Of a DNA stretch of 64,000 nt, positions 53,530-64,000 are shown piece after piece. The DNA comes from an uncultured Acetobacteraceae bacterium (GTDB lineage Bacteria > Pseudomonadota > Alphaproteobacteria > Acetobacterales > Acetobacteraceae). Below the pieces are notes generated by a model. It saw only the letters and a list, made by a program, of their open reading frames with translations, ran no database searches and had not been told where the DNA came from. The position numbers and the translations under genes were made by a program. The stretch's first letter is position 1; every line of letters starts with the position of its first letter. The stretch spans positions 1,052 to 65,051 of the forward strand of contig CAXUDP010000002.1 of assembly GCA_964249735.1 (NCBI GenBank), given 5' to 3'.

Positions 53530-55457
53530 GACCCGCTGCCGGGGCCCGCCGGCGTGCCGACCACCTGCTCCACCGCCTTGTCGTCGATCGACGGACGGGC
53601 GCGATCGCGCAGCGCGGTGACGTAGGTGTTCTCGACGTCGTCGGCCATCGCCGCGTCCAGCGCGTCGCGGACACGAGCGTATCCGGTACGATCCTTCGCC
53701 GGATCGGGATGGCGAACCGCAGTCACGGTGGCAACCACGAACCCGTCAGGGGTCTGCAGCATGGTCGAGGTGCCGGGAGCGAGCGAGAACGTGATCTGTG
53801 CCAGGTTGGCCGGTACCGGGCCCTGGTTCTGCCCGCGGCGTACCGGGATGCCGGTCAGCAGCCCGGGTAACGATCCGGGCGTGGCTGCCGCCACCGCTGC
53901 CAGTCCGTGATGCGCGTCGGCGTCGGCATACAACGCGGCCGCGCGCTGCTCGTCGGCATGACGCACCTGGTCCTGCTGCCAGTCGGCGCGCACCCGGTCG
54001 GCCGCCTGCACGAAGGAAAGCGGCGACGCGGGGGTGACGTCCTCGACCACCAGCGCGTACCAGCTGCCTTCCGGGCCCTGGATCAGGGTTGGGACGTCAC
54101 CCTTCCGGGCCGTGAAGGCCTGGGCCACGACCGCCTTGCGCACCGCCTCGGAGCCGGGCAGCGGCGCCGGGTCGCCGGATCGCGTCAACCCTTGCGCGTC
54201 CAGCGTGCCTTCGGCGGGAACCGCGCCGAGGTCGGCCGGGATGGCGTCGAGGCCGCCGCCGGCGATCGCGTCCTGCAGCTTCTGCACGCGTGGCGACACC
54301 AGAGCGTTGGCGCGCTGCCTGGCGATGATGTCGTGCAGCTCGCCCTGGGCCTGGGCGAAGCTGCGGTCCTGCGCCGGCGTCACCTTGTTGACCCGGAGCA
54401 CCACCCAGCCGGCCTCGGTCTTTGCCGGCCCGGCCACCGTGCCGGGAGCGGTGGCGAAGGTCAGCCTGGCGATGTCGGGTGACGGGATGCTGGCGGCGGT
54501 GGCGTCGTCCAGCGCGATCGGCGTCGCGTCCTTGGCCGTCGCCTGCAGCTGGCTCCACCCGATGCCGCCCTGCCACAAGGCGGCAATCTGCGCTGCCCGG
54601 GCCTGGTCGTTGGCGATCATCACCTGCACCGAGCGCTTCTCGGCCACGTGGTACCGGGGAGTCAGCTCGTCGTAGAGCTTGCGCTCGTCCGCCTCCGACA
54701 CGTCCAGGCCATGCGCCACCGTGTCAGGCGACAGCAGCACCAGCTTGATCTTGCGGTATTCCGGTGCGGCGAAACGGTCCTTGTTGTTGTCGTAGTAGCG
54801 GCGCAGCGTCGCGGCGTCCGGGGCGGACGGTGCCGGGATGGCGCTGAAGGGCAGGCTCGCCATGTCCAGCACGCGCTGCTCGGCGCCGAAGCCGTAGGCG
54901 CGGCGCACCAGTTCGCCTGGCGCGTGGGCGCCGATGCGCATCGGCTCGATCAGCGCGAGTGCCGCGGCCTGCTCGCGGAAGATGCGGATCAGCCCGTCCT
55001 CGGTGAAGCCGGCCGCCTGCAGCCTTTGGTCGAACAGGGCGCGGCTGAACCGGCCGTCCGACCCCAGGAACGCCTTCTCGGCGAAGATCTGCTCGCGCAC
55101 CACCGCATCCGGCACCACCACGCCGATCCGGGTGGCGGCATCGTTGATCACCGCCTGGAACACCAGCTGCTGCAGCGCCTGGGCGGCGATCTGCCGCTTC
55201 TGGTCGAACGGCAGCGTCGTCGGGTCTGTCAGACCGCCGTTCTGCGCCGCGGAGGCCAGGCCACGCCGGTAGGTGCGCTCGAACTCGTCGCTGCCGATGC
55301 CGCGTCCGCCGACGCTGGCGACGTTGCCGGCGGACACGCGACCCAGCCCGGTGACGAAGCTGCCCATGCCCCAGACGGCGAAGCTCAGGAAGATCACCAC
55401 GGCGAGGATCCGTCCGAGCCAGGAGCCGATGAACAGGCGACGCATGAAGGCGAGCAT
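53526..55457 (-). CDS. ppiD: PpiD-type periplasmic chaperone / peptidyl-prolyl isomerase (SurA N-terminal domain family)
   Basis: From MLAFMRRLFIGSWLGRILAVVIFLSFAVWG (N-terminal anchor). Long helical SurA-like region and a degenerate parvulin segment. 643 aa. Confidence 0.78.
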   Translation of the reverse strand: MLAFMRRLFIGSWLGRILAVVIFLSFAVWGMGSFVTGLGRVSAGNVASVGGRGIGSDEFERTYRRGLASAAQNGGLTDPTTLPFDQKRQIAAQALQQLVFQAVINDAATRIGVVVPDAVVREQIFAEKAFLGSDGRFSRALFDQRLQAAGFTEDGLIRIFREQAAALALIEPMRIGAHAPGELVRRAYGFGAEQRVLDMASLPFSAIPAPSAPDAATLRRYYDNNKDRFAAPEYRKIKLVLLSPDTVAHGLDVSEADERKLYDELTPRYHVAEKRSVQVMIANDQARAAQIAALWQGGIGWSQLQATAKDATPIALDDATAASIPSPDIARLTFATAPGTVAGPAKTEAGWVVLRVNKVTPAQDRSFAQAQGELHDIIARQRANALVSPRVQKLQDAIAGGGLDAIPADLGAVPAEGTLDAQGLTRSGDPAPLPGSEAVRKAVVAQAFTARKGDVPTLIQGPEGSWYALVVEDVTPASPLSFVQAADRVRADWQQDQVRHADEQRAAALYADADAHHGLAAVAAATPGSLPGLLTGIPVRRGQNQGPVPANLAQITFSLAPGTSTMLQTPDGFVVATVTAVRHPDPAKDRTGYARVRDALDAAMADDVENTYVTALRDRARPSIDDKAVEQVVGTPAGPGSGS

Positions 55458-55621
55458 GGGGATGTCCGGACGATGAACGGTGCGGCGCGGGGAAGCCGGG
55501 CTTGGAGGGCGGCGCACCATAGGGTGCGACCGGCAGCTTGTCATGCTAGGGCGTGGCATGGTCTACCAGCGCCGCCTGGACCCTGTCCGGTCCGGCTTGT
55601 TACCGGGATGATGTCACGCTC

Positions 55622-56368
55622 ATGGACCGTCAGCTGATCGCCGGCAACTGGAAGATGAACGGCACCACCGCCGAGGCGCAGGCGCTGGCGCAGGCGCTCG
55701 CCGCGGGTGCCGGGCCGATCGCCGCTGAGCTGCTGGTGTGCCCGCCCTTCACGCAAGTCGGCGCGCTGGTCCGTCTGCTGCACGGCAGCCCGATCGCGGT
55801 CGGCGGGCAGGACTGCCACATGGCACCGCACGGTGCGCATACCGGCGACATCTCGGCGTCGATGCTGCGCGACCTCGGCGCCACCCACGTGATCCTGGGC
55901 CATTCCGAGCGGCGACAGGACCACAAGGAGCTGGACGAGACGGTGCGCGAGAAGGTGGTGGCCGCCACGGCGGCCGGGCTGCTGCCGATCGTCTGCGTCG
56001 GCGAGACCGCCGACCAGCGCCTGGCCGACGGGCACGAGGATACGGTCGGCTGGCAGCTCAAGGGCAGCCTGCCGCACGGCTTCGCCGACGGCTCCGGCGT
56101 GGTCGCCTACGAGCCGGTCTGGGCGATCGGCACCGGCCGTACCGCCACCGTCGATGACGTGCTCGCCATGCACGCCTTCATCCGTGCGGAACTGGTGCGC
56201 CAGTTCGGCGAGAACGGCGCCGGCGTGCGCATCCTGTATGGCGGCTCGGTGAACGCCGGGAACGCCGCCGCCCTGCTTGCGGTGCCGGAGGTCGGCGGCG
56301 CGCTGGTCGGCGGCGCCAGCTTGAAGCCCGCCGATTTCCTCGCCATCGCCGCCGCCGCGCGCGGCTGA
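55622..56368 (+). CDS. tpiA: Triosephosphate isomerase
   Basis: From MDRQLIAGNWKMNG. HTGDISASML, ILGHSERR, AYEPVWAIGTG and GGSV..LVGGASL. 248 aa. Confidence 0.93.
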   Translation: MDRQLIAGNWKMNGTTAEAQALAQALAAGAGPIAAELLVCPPFTQVGALVRLLHGSPIAVGGQDCHMAPHGAHTGDISASMLRDLGATHVILGHSERRQDHKELDETVREKVVAATAAGLLPIVCVGETADQRLADGHEDTVGWQLKGSLPHGFADGSGVVAYEPVWAIGTGRTATVDDVLAMHAFIRAELVRQFGENGAGVRILYGGSVNAGNAAALLAVPEVGGALVGGASLKPADFLAIAAAARG

Positions 56369-56381
56369 GCCGGAACCCGCC

Positions 56382-56816
56382 ATGATCGCCACCCTGCTCG
56401 TCCTGCACCTCCTGGTCACGCTGACGCTGATCGGCACCGTACTGATCCAGCGCAGCGAGGGCGGCGGCCTCGGCATCGGCTCCAGCCAGGGCATGGGCTC
56501 CTTCATGAGCGGACGCGGCACCGCCAACCTGCTGACCCGCACCACCGCGATCCTGGCGGCCGTCTTCATGCTGCTGTCGCTGGCGCTGGCGGTGCTGAAC
56601 CGCGGCGGCGCCGGGCGGGGTCGCGACATCCTGGCGCTGCCGCAGGCCGCCGCACCGGCCGCCCTGCCCCCGGGCGCCCGCGCCCCGGCACTGCCGGCGC
56701 GGCCGCCGGTGGCGCCGGTTCCCGGCCGCGACATCCTGGCCACGCCGCCTGCGGCGGCGTTGCCGGCAGTGCCGGTACCGCCGGCGCCGGCCTCGCCACC
56801 GGTTCCCGGTCACTGA
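56382..56816 (+). CDS. secG: Preprotein translocase subunit SecG with an Ala/Pro-rich repeated C-terminal tail
   Basis: MIATLLVLHLLVTLTLIGTVLIQRSEGGGLG...LTRTTAILAAVFMLLSLALAVL is the SecG core. It is followed by about 70 aa of Pro/Ala-rich sequence with an internal 35-aa repeat. Confidence 0.88.
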   Translation: MIATLLVLHLLVTLTLIGTVLIQRSEGGGLGIGSSQGMGSFMSGRGTANLLTRTTAILAAVFMLLSLALAVLNRGGAGRGRDILALPQAAAPAALPPGARAPALPARPPVAPVPGRDILATPPAAALPAVPVPPAPASPPVPGH

Positions 56817-58135
56817 CGAACGGCCCCGGCCGCAGGACGATCGGCCTGCCGGTCGTCATTGTCGGCGCCGGGGCGGCCGGACTGTCCGCCGCCGCTTTAC
56901 TCCGACGCGCCGGACAGGCGGTGCTGGTGCTGGAAGCGGGCGACCGGATCGGTGGGCGCGCCCGCACCTCCCGCCCAGCCTCGCTCGGCGGAGCCTGGAT
57001 CGACGAGGGCGCCACCTGGCTGCATCAGGTCGACCGCAACCCGCTGGTGGAGCTGGCGCGCGCCGCCGGCGATGCGCTGCATCCGGGGCACGAGGGCGGG
57101 CGGCGCCTCGCTGTCGATGGCCGGGTCGCCACCGGGGAGGAGGAAGCCGCCTACGAGGCGGCGGAGGAGTCCTGGCGGGCGCATGCCGAGGCGCTGGCCG
57201 CCGATCGGGCGCTGCCGGACCGGCCGCTTGCCGCGGCAGGCGATGGCTGGAACCCCCTCGACCCGTGGCTCGGCAACCTCGAGGCGTGGGAGGGCGCCAT
57301 CATCGCGGCCGCCGACGCGGACGTGCTGTCGCTGCGCGACTGGCACCGCAACGAGCTAGACGATGGCGACCTCCGGCCGGCCTGCGGCATCGGCACCCTG
57401 CTCGAGACTCGGCTCGGGCCGCTGGCAGGACCTGTGCGCCGCGGCGTCGCGGTGCGGGCGATCGACTGGAGCGTGCCGGGGCAGGTGTCGCTGTCGACGA
57501 GCGATGGCGAGATCGCGGGATGCGCCTGCATCGTCACGGTCTCGACCGGGGTGCTGCGGGCCGGACGGATTGCGTTCTCCCCGCCCCTGCCCGCGACGGT
57601 CGCCGACGCGCTGGACGGGCTGCCGATGGGGCTGCTGAGCAAGCTGGCGCTGCCGGTGCCGGACGAGTCGCGGCACCGCCTCGGCGTGGCGCCCGGCACG
57701 CTGGTGGAGCAGCGTCTGCACGATCGGCAGGCGTCGGCGATGCTGCTCGGCGTGCTGCCGGACGGGGCACCCTACGTGACCGGCTTTCTCGGCGGCCGAT
57801 ACGCCTGGTCGTTCAGCGGGCGAGAGATGGAAGCGCTGGACGAGGCGCGGACCAGGGTCGCAACCCTGCTGGGCCCGGACGCGGCGTCGGCGCTCGGGCC
57901 GGACGGCTGGGCGTCGCGCTGGGGCAGCGATCCGTTGTTCGGCGGGGCCTATGCCTATGCCCGGCCCGGCCATGCCGACGCCAGGGGCCGGCTGGGCGAG
58001 CCGTTCGGCGACGGCCGGATGGTGCTGGCGGGAGAGGCCTGCCGCACCGACGGGCTGGCCGGGACGGTCGGCGGCGCGATGCGGGACGGCGAGCGTGCGG
58101 CGCAGGCGGTGCTGGACGCCCTTGCCGCGGCCTGA
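56813..58135 (+). CDS. Flavin-containing amine oxidase family protein (start codon unresolved)
   Basis: The track ORF starts at GTG 56921 (MLVLEAGDRIGGRA..). The same open frame upstream encodes the dinucleotide-binding motif LPVVIVGAGAAGLSAAALLRRAG (56846-56914). 5' limit set provisionally at the in-frame CTG 56813 overlapping the secG stop. C-terminal GEA..GTVGGAMRDGERAA is typical of the family. Confidence 0.75.
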   Translation: MTNGPGRRTIGLPVVIVGAGAAGLSAAALLRRAGQAVLVLEAGDRIGGRARTSRPASLGGAWIDEGATWLHQVDRNPLVELARAAGDALHPGHEGGRRLAVDGRVATGEEEAAYEAAEESWRAHAEALAADRALPDRPLAAAGDGWNPLDPWLGNLEAWEGAIIAAADADVLSLRDWHRNELDDGDLRPACGIGTLLETRLGPLAGPVRRGVAVRAIDWSVPGQVSLSTSDGEIAGCACIVTVSTGVLRAGRIAFSPPLPATVADALDGLPMGLLSKLALPVPDESRHRLGVAPGTLVEQRLHDRQASAMLLGVLPDGAPYVTGFLGGRYAWSFSGREMEALDEARTRVATLLGPDAASALGPDGWASRWGSDPLFGGAYAYARPGHADARGRLGEPFGDGRMVLAGEACRTDGLAGTVGGAMRDGERAAQAVLDALAAA

Positions 58136-58159
58136 CCTGCGGGTGCGGCGCTATTGTGA

Positions 58160-59848
<1,689 letters not shown>

Positions 59849-59931
59849 CCCGCATGCCAGCGGGCAGCGGCGCGGGTGTCCTGTCGCCGATCTGCTGCTA
59901 TGACGCCGTGGCATCTTCTCCCGGAGGCTCC

Positions 59932-60402
59932 ATGCCGTTCGCCTGCGCTTCGCGTCCGCTCCTTCTGCTCGCCGTCCTCGCCGCCGCAGTGCCCGGCTTC
60001 GCCCGCGCCGGCACCCCGGCCGAGGCGGCGGCCTTCATGAAGCAGAATGCCGCCCAGACGGGCGTGGTCACCCTGCCGTCGGGCCTGGAGTACAAGGTGG
60101 TGCAGTCGGGCGACGCCGGCGGTGCGCATCCGGGGCCTTCCGACAGCGTGATGGTGAGCTATGTCGGCAAGCTGTCGGACGGCGCCACCTTCGACGACAG
60201 CCACGGCAACATCGTCACCCTGCCGCTGAACGCGGTGATCAAGGGCTGGACCGAGGGGATGCAGCTGATGCGCCCGGGCGACGTGTGGATGCTCTACGTG
60301 CCGCCCGAGCTCGGCTACGGCGCCAAGGGTGCCGGTCCGATCCCGCCAAACGCGGCGCTGGTGTTCCGGATCGAGCTGGTCGCGGTGGCCGGGCACGGCT
60401 GA
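59932..60402 (+). CDS. FKBP-type peptidyl-prolyl cis-trans isomerase, exported
   Basis: Start chosen at MPFACASRPLLLLAVLAAAVPGFARA (signal peptide). FKBP core VSYVGKLSDGATFDDS..PLNAVIKGWTEGMQLMRPGDVWMLYVPPELGYG...LVFRIELV. Confidence 0.85.
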   Translation: MPFACASRPLLLLAVLAAAVPGFARAGTPAEAAAFMKQNAAQTGVVTLPSGLEYKVVQSGDAGGAHPGPSDSVMVSYVGKLSDGATFDDSHGNIVTLPLNAVIKGWTEGMQLMRPGDVWMLYVPPELGYGAKGAGPIPPNAALVFRIELVAVAGHG

Positions 60403-60507
60403 ACCGCCAACGGTTTCCTGCGCCACACGCAAGGCTGGTCCGACCCAGCCGGGCGGTAACCGTCCCCATCTGCTGCGTTCCGCGGACGATTGGGGATCTG
60501 GCGACGC

Positions 60508-61230
60508 ATGAACACGGGACTAGACGACGAACGGCACCCGCTTGCCGAGCGCTTCCGCGCCTTCGTCCGCAAATCGGAGTTCTCCTGCGTCGGCGCCAAG
60601 TCCGCGCTTGCCCGGAACCAGCTGCGCATCATGGTCGCTCGGGACATCGCGTCCGCGTGGGACGACCTGCGCATCCTGCCGGAGCTGATCGACTTCGCTC
60701 GCGCCTACCGCGACGACCGGCGGCTCTACCAGAGCTTCGTGGTGCTGTTCGAGGGTCCGGACACGCTCACCGAGGACGCGTTCGAGGCCCATCTCTGGTC
60801 GCGCCTGCAGTCGCTGAGCGACAAGGACCGGTGGCTCGGGCAGCATGTCGACAGCCGGGTGAGCCAGGACCCGGACCATCCGCACTTCTCGCTCAGCTTC
60901 GGCGGCGAGGCCTTCTTCGTGGTGGGGCTGCATCCAGGCGCCAGCCGCCTGGCGCGTCGCTTCGAGCGGCCGGGCGTGGTGTTCAACCTCCACGACCAGT
61001 TCGAGCGGCTGCGCAGCGAGGGACTCTACACCCGCCTGCGCGACACCATCCTGGACCGCGACCTGGCGCTCAACGGCACTGCCAACCCGATGCTGGCGCG
61101 GTTCGGAGAGAACTCCGAGGCGCGCCAGTACAGCGGCCGCGCGGTGGAAGACGGCTGGCGCTGTCCGTTCAGCAGCCGCAGCGCCGGCGCGGCACGAGGA
61201 GCCATGTCGTCGGGCTCTCATGCCGGCTGA
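60508..61230 (+). CDS. YqcI/YcgG family protein (family of the haem-dependent N-hydroxylase GntA)
   Basis: ATG 60508 preferred over the track TTG 60490. FRAFVRKSEFSCVGAKSALARNQLRIMV...YQSFVVLFEGP...FSLSFGGEAFFVVGLHPGASRLARRF..PGVVFNLHDQFERLR matches the YqcI/YcgG pattern as I recall it. Confidence 0.78.
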   Translation: MNTGLDDERHPLAERFRAFVRKSEFSCVGAKSALARNQLRIMVARDIASAWDDLRILPELIDFARAYRDDRRLYQSFVVLFEGPDTLTEDAFEAHLWSRLQSLSDKDRWLGQHVDSRVSQDPDHPHFSLSFGGEAFFVVGLHPGASRLARRFERPGVVFNLHDQFERLRSEGLYTRLRDTILDRDLALNGTANPMLARFGENSEARQYSGRAVEDGWRCPFSSRSAGAARGAMSSGSHAG

Positions 61231-61819
61231 TGCCGGGAGCGTGGTCGAGATCCCGCCCCGTTCCGGCACCGCCTTCACCCTCGGCAAGGGGCAACGCCTG
61301 ACGGTGATCGACCCGCAAGGCGAGCAGGTGGCAGACCTGCTGGCGTTCCGGCGCGACGACCCGGACGAGGTCATCTCCTCCGGACGGACGCTGGACTACG
61401 CCAGCCGGCTGTTCCTGAGCACGGGGGATCCGATCTACTCGAACCGCAGCCGGGTCCTGTTGCGGATCGTGGAGGACACGGTTGGTCGACACGATTTTTT
61501 GCTGACACCGTGCTCGGCCGACACGTTCCGGATCATCTACGGCGACGATGAGCCGCATCGCGGCTGCTTCGGCAACCTGGCGGCAGCGCTGGCGCCCTAC
61601 GGGATCGGGCCGGACCGGATCCCGGTCGCCTTCAACGTGTTCATGAACGTGCGGGTGGACGGCGACACCGGTGCGCTGACGGTGGCGCCGCCGCTGAGCC
61701 GCGCCGGCGACCACGCCACCTTTCTTGCCGAGGACGACCTGATCATCGGCCTCACCGCCTGCTCGGCACTGCAGTCGAACAACGGCACGTTCAAGCCGAT
61801 CCGCTACCGGATCGACTGA
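61220..61819 (+). CDS. DUF1989 (urea-carboxylase-associated) family protein
   Basis: VEIPPRSGTAFTLGKGQRLTVIDPQGEQVADLLAF...GRHDFLLTPCS...GCFGNLAAAL...AFNVFMNV...AGDHATFLAEDDLIIGLTACS. 199 aa. Overlaps the preceding ORF by 11 nt. Confidence 0.82.
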   Translation: MPADAGSVVEIPPRSGTAFTLGKGQRLTVIDPQGEQVADLLAFRRDDPDEVISSGRTLDYASRLFLSTGDPIYSNRSRVLLRIVEDTVGRHDFLLTPCSADTFRIIYGDDEPHRGCFGNLAAALAPYGIGPDRIPVAFNVFMNVRVDGDTGALTVAPPLSRAGDHATFLAEDDLIIGLTACSALQSNNGTFKPIRYRID

Positions 61820-61834
61820 ACGGGTGCCTGTCGC

Positions 61835-64000
61835 CTACTCGGCGGCGATCAGGCCCGGCTCCGACGCGGTGTCCTCCTCCCTAAACACGCGCACCGGGAT
61901 CGACTTCGCGGCTGGTGTCTTGCTCCCTTTGGCGTAGTGGCCGGTCGGCAGCAGCACGTTGGCTTCCGGATAATAGGTACCGATGCACCCTGCAGGGACG
62001 GAATAGGCCACCACAGCCAAGCCACCCAGTTCGCGGTGGTGGCCGTCGTTCGACTCGGTTTCCAGCCGCACCTTGCCGCCGACGATCAGCCCGAGCCGGT
62101 CGATGTCGTCGCGGTTCATCAGCACCACGTCGCGCGTGCCGTTGATGCCGCGGAAGCGGTCGTTGTAGCCGTATACGGTGGTGTTGAACTGGTCGTTGCT
62201 GCGCAGCGTCATCATGCGCAGCGATTGCGGCGTCAGCTCCGGCAGGTCGGGGTTTTCCACCAGTCCGTCCGGCGTCACGAAGTTCGCCTTGCCGTTCGGG
62301 GTCTTCCACACCCGCTTGCGCGCGGGCAGCGGCCGCTGGAAGCCGCCCGGCTCCCACATACGCGTCTCGTAGTCCCAGAAGATCTCCGGATAGGTGACGC
62401 TGATCGCCTTGCGGATCAGGCTGTAGTCGGCGGTCCAGTCGTCCCATGGCACATGGGGGTTCGGGTCGAGCGTCGCCTTGGCCAGCTCCGCCACGAACCG
62501 CACCTCGCTGATGAGGTGCGGCGAGGCCGGCTTGCGCACGCCCTTGGAGCCGTGGATGCAGCCCGAGGTGTCCTCCATCGACACCGACTGGTCGCCGGAG
62601 GCCTGATGGTCGACCTCGATCCGGCCGATCACCGGCAGGATGAAGCTGTTCTTGCCCGGAAGCAGCTGGCTGCGGTTGAGCTTGGTGGCGACGTTCACGG
62701 TCAGGCGGATGCGTCGCCACGCCGGCTCCAGCCGGCCATGATCGGGCGCCGCGCGCACGAAGTTGCCGCCCAGGATGAGGAACGCCTCGATCTCGCCGGC
62801 GAGGACCTTTTCGCACGCTTCCACCGTGTTCAGCCCGAGCTCGCGCGGCGGCTCGAAGCCGTACTGCTCGGCGAGCCGGTCCAGCGGCACCAGCTCCGGC
62901 TTCTCCGAGACGCCGACGGTGCGCTGCCCCTGCACGTTGGAGTGGCCGCGCACCGGGCAGATGCCGGCGCCCTGCTTGCCGATGTTGCCGCGAAGCAGCA
63001 GCAGGTTCACCAGCAGGCGTATGGTCTGCACCCCTTCCTGCTGCTGCGTCACGCCCATGCCGTAGATGCCGATGGTCGACTTGGCGCGGCCGTAGAGGCG
63101 GGCGGTGGCTTCCAGCGCGTTGCGTGCGAGGCCGGATTCGCGCTCGATGTCGTCCCAGTCCTGCGCGCGTGTCCACGACACGAAGCTGTCCACCCCGTGC
63201 GTGTGCTCGGCGATGAAGGCGTGGTCGAGGAACGGGGGCTCGCCGGCCGCCAGGGCCTTGTCGTCGAGCTCGATCAGCGCCTTGGCGATGCCGGTAATGG
63301 CAGCGAGGTCACCGGCGGTGCGGACCTGGTGGTAGGAGGAGCTGATCCGGGTTTCGTGCCCGCCGATCATCTCGATCGGCGATTGCGGGTTCTTGAACCG
63401 CTCCAGCCCGCGCTCGCGCAGCGGGTTGAAGGTGATGATCGGCACGCCGCGCTCGGCCGCCTCCTGCAGCGGGTGCAGCATGCGCGGGCTGTTGCTGCCC
63501 GGGTTCTGGCCGAAGAACATGATGCACTCGGCGTGGGCGAAGTCGTCCAGGGTCACGGTGCCGACCGGGACGCCGATGCTCTGCGGCAGGGCCACCGAGG
63601 TGGTCTCGTGGCACATGTTGGAGCTGTCGGGCAGGTTGTTGTTGCCGTACAGCCGGGCGAACAGCGCGTAGGCGTAGCTGGCCTCGTTGGAACAGCGGCC
63701 GGACGAGTAGAACACGGTGTTCTGCCGGTTCTCGACCGCACGCAGCTCCCGGCCGATCTCGGCCATGGCCGCGGCCCACGACACCGGCACGTACTTGTCG
63801 CTGGCCGGGTCGTAGCGCATCGGATGGGTCAGGCGACCGGCCTGCTCGAGCTGGAAGTCGTCCCAGTCCAGCAGCTCGGTGACCGTGTGCTGGGCGAAGA
63901 ACTCGGGCGTGCAGCGATGCGAGGTGATCTCCCACGCGGTCGCCTTGACGCCGTTCTCGCAGAACTCGAGCGGCAGCGGGGTAGCCGGCTTGATCCAGGC
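61835..64000 (-). CDS. FdhF/YdeP-family molybdopterin oxidoreductase (5' end beyond the right edge of the window)
   Basis: Track ORF 61835..63820 begins at an internal Met. The same frame stays open to 64000 (..AWIKPATPLPLEFCENGVKATAWEITSHRCTPEFFAQHTVTELLDWDDFQLEQAGRLTHPMRYDP..). Molybdopterin-binding domains (FFGQNPGSNSPRMLH, GICPVRGHSNVQGQRTVG) and a C-terminal MopB barrel. Confidence 0.88.
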   Translation of the reverse strand, partial: AWIKPATPLPLEFCENGVKATAWEITSHRCTPEFFAQHTVTELLDWDDFQLEQAGRLTHPMRYDPASDKYVPVSWAAAMAEIGRELRAVENRQNTVFYSSGRCSNEASYAYALFARLYGNNNLPDSSNMCHETTSVALPQSIGVPVGTVTLDDFAHAECIMFFGQNPGSNSPRMLHPLQEAAERGVPIITFNPLRERGLERFKNPQSPIEMIGGHETRISSSYHQVRTAGDLAAITGIAKALIELDDKALAAGEPPFLDHAFIAEHTHGVDSFVSWTRAQDWDDIERESGLARNALEATARLYGRAKSTIGIYGMGVTQQQEGVQTIRLLVNLLLLRGNIGKQGAGICPVRGHSNVQGQRTVGVSEKPELVPLDRLAEQYGFEPPRELGLNTVEACEKVLAGEIEAFLILGGNFVRAAPDHGRLEPAWRRIRLTVNVATKLNRSQLLPGKNSFILPVIGRIEVDHQASGDQSVSMEDTSGCIHGSKGVRKPASPHLISEVRFVAELAKATLDPNPHVPWDDWTADYSLIRKAISVTYPEIFWDYETRMWEPGGFQRPLPARKRVWKTPNGKANFVTPDGLVENPDLPELTPQSLRMMTLRSNDQFNTTVYGYNDRFRGINGTRDVVLMNRDDIDRLGLIVGGKVRLETESNDGHHRELGGLAVVAYSVPAGCIGTYYPEANVLLPTGHYAKGSKTPAAKSIPVRVFREEDTASEPGLIAAE

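Overview
High-GC (about 70%) chromosomal segment with alphaproteobacterial gene order; LpxI, a lipoyl-domain PdhB and the rpoZ-spoT-acpS-lepB-rnc-era run suggest Rhodospirillales/Acetobacteraceae, but that is inference only. Most of the window is conserved housekeeping backbone. This includes rpmH-rnpA-yidD-yidC, and the envelope/translation cluster lpxI-lpxA-fabZ-lpxD-skp-bamA-rseP-dxr-cdsA-uppS-frr-pyrH. It also includes era-rnc-lepB-acpS-spoT-rpoZ-folK, smpB-dapA/slt-pgpA-cinA and ratA-lipA. A 17-kb same-strand train runs ppiD-trpEGDC-moaC-pdhABC-lpd, followed by tpiA-secG, pyrG and a partial YdeP-type molybdoenzyme. I found no rRNA, tRNA, CRISPR array, transposase or integrase. The interesting material is a set of small accessory insertions into this backbone. 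(1) A 5.4-kb block replaces the expected tsf-rpsB/recO neighbours; it carries an ABC ATPase translationally coupled to an 847-aa polytopic protein ending in a complete CPBP intramembrane-protease module, plus a TetR/oxidoreductase pair. (2) A GC-depressed islet next to smpB has an 875-bp non-coding gap and three orphan genes: a secreted beta-rich protein, a small catalase-related haem protein and a Lys-rich helical protein. (3) An EF-hand-like and a natural-His6 periplasmic protein pair sits between cinA and ratA. (4) A three-ORF envelope-protein insertion lies between lpd and lipA; it carries an in-frame amber stop and a frameshift. (5) An overlapping YqcI/YcgG + DUF1989 pair is present. Other oddities are an in-frame LpxI-glyoxalase I fusion and a HisKA-only membrane protein. 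There is also a flavin amine oxidase whose Rossmann motif lies upstream of any canonical start codon. All family assignments come from reading motifs in the translations; no database search was possible.
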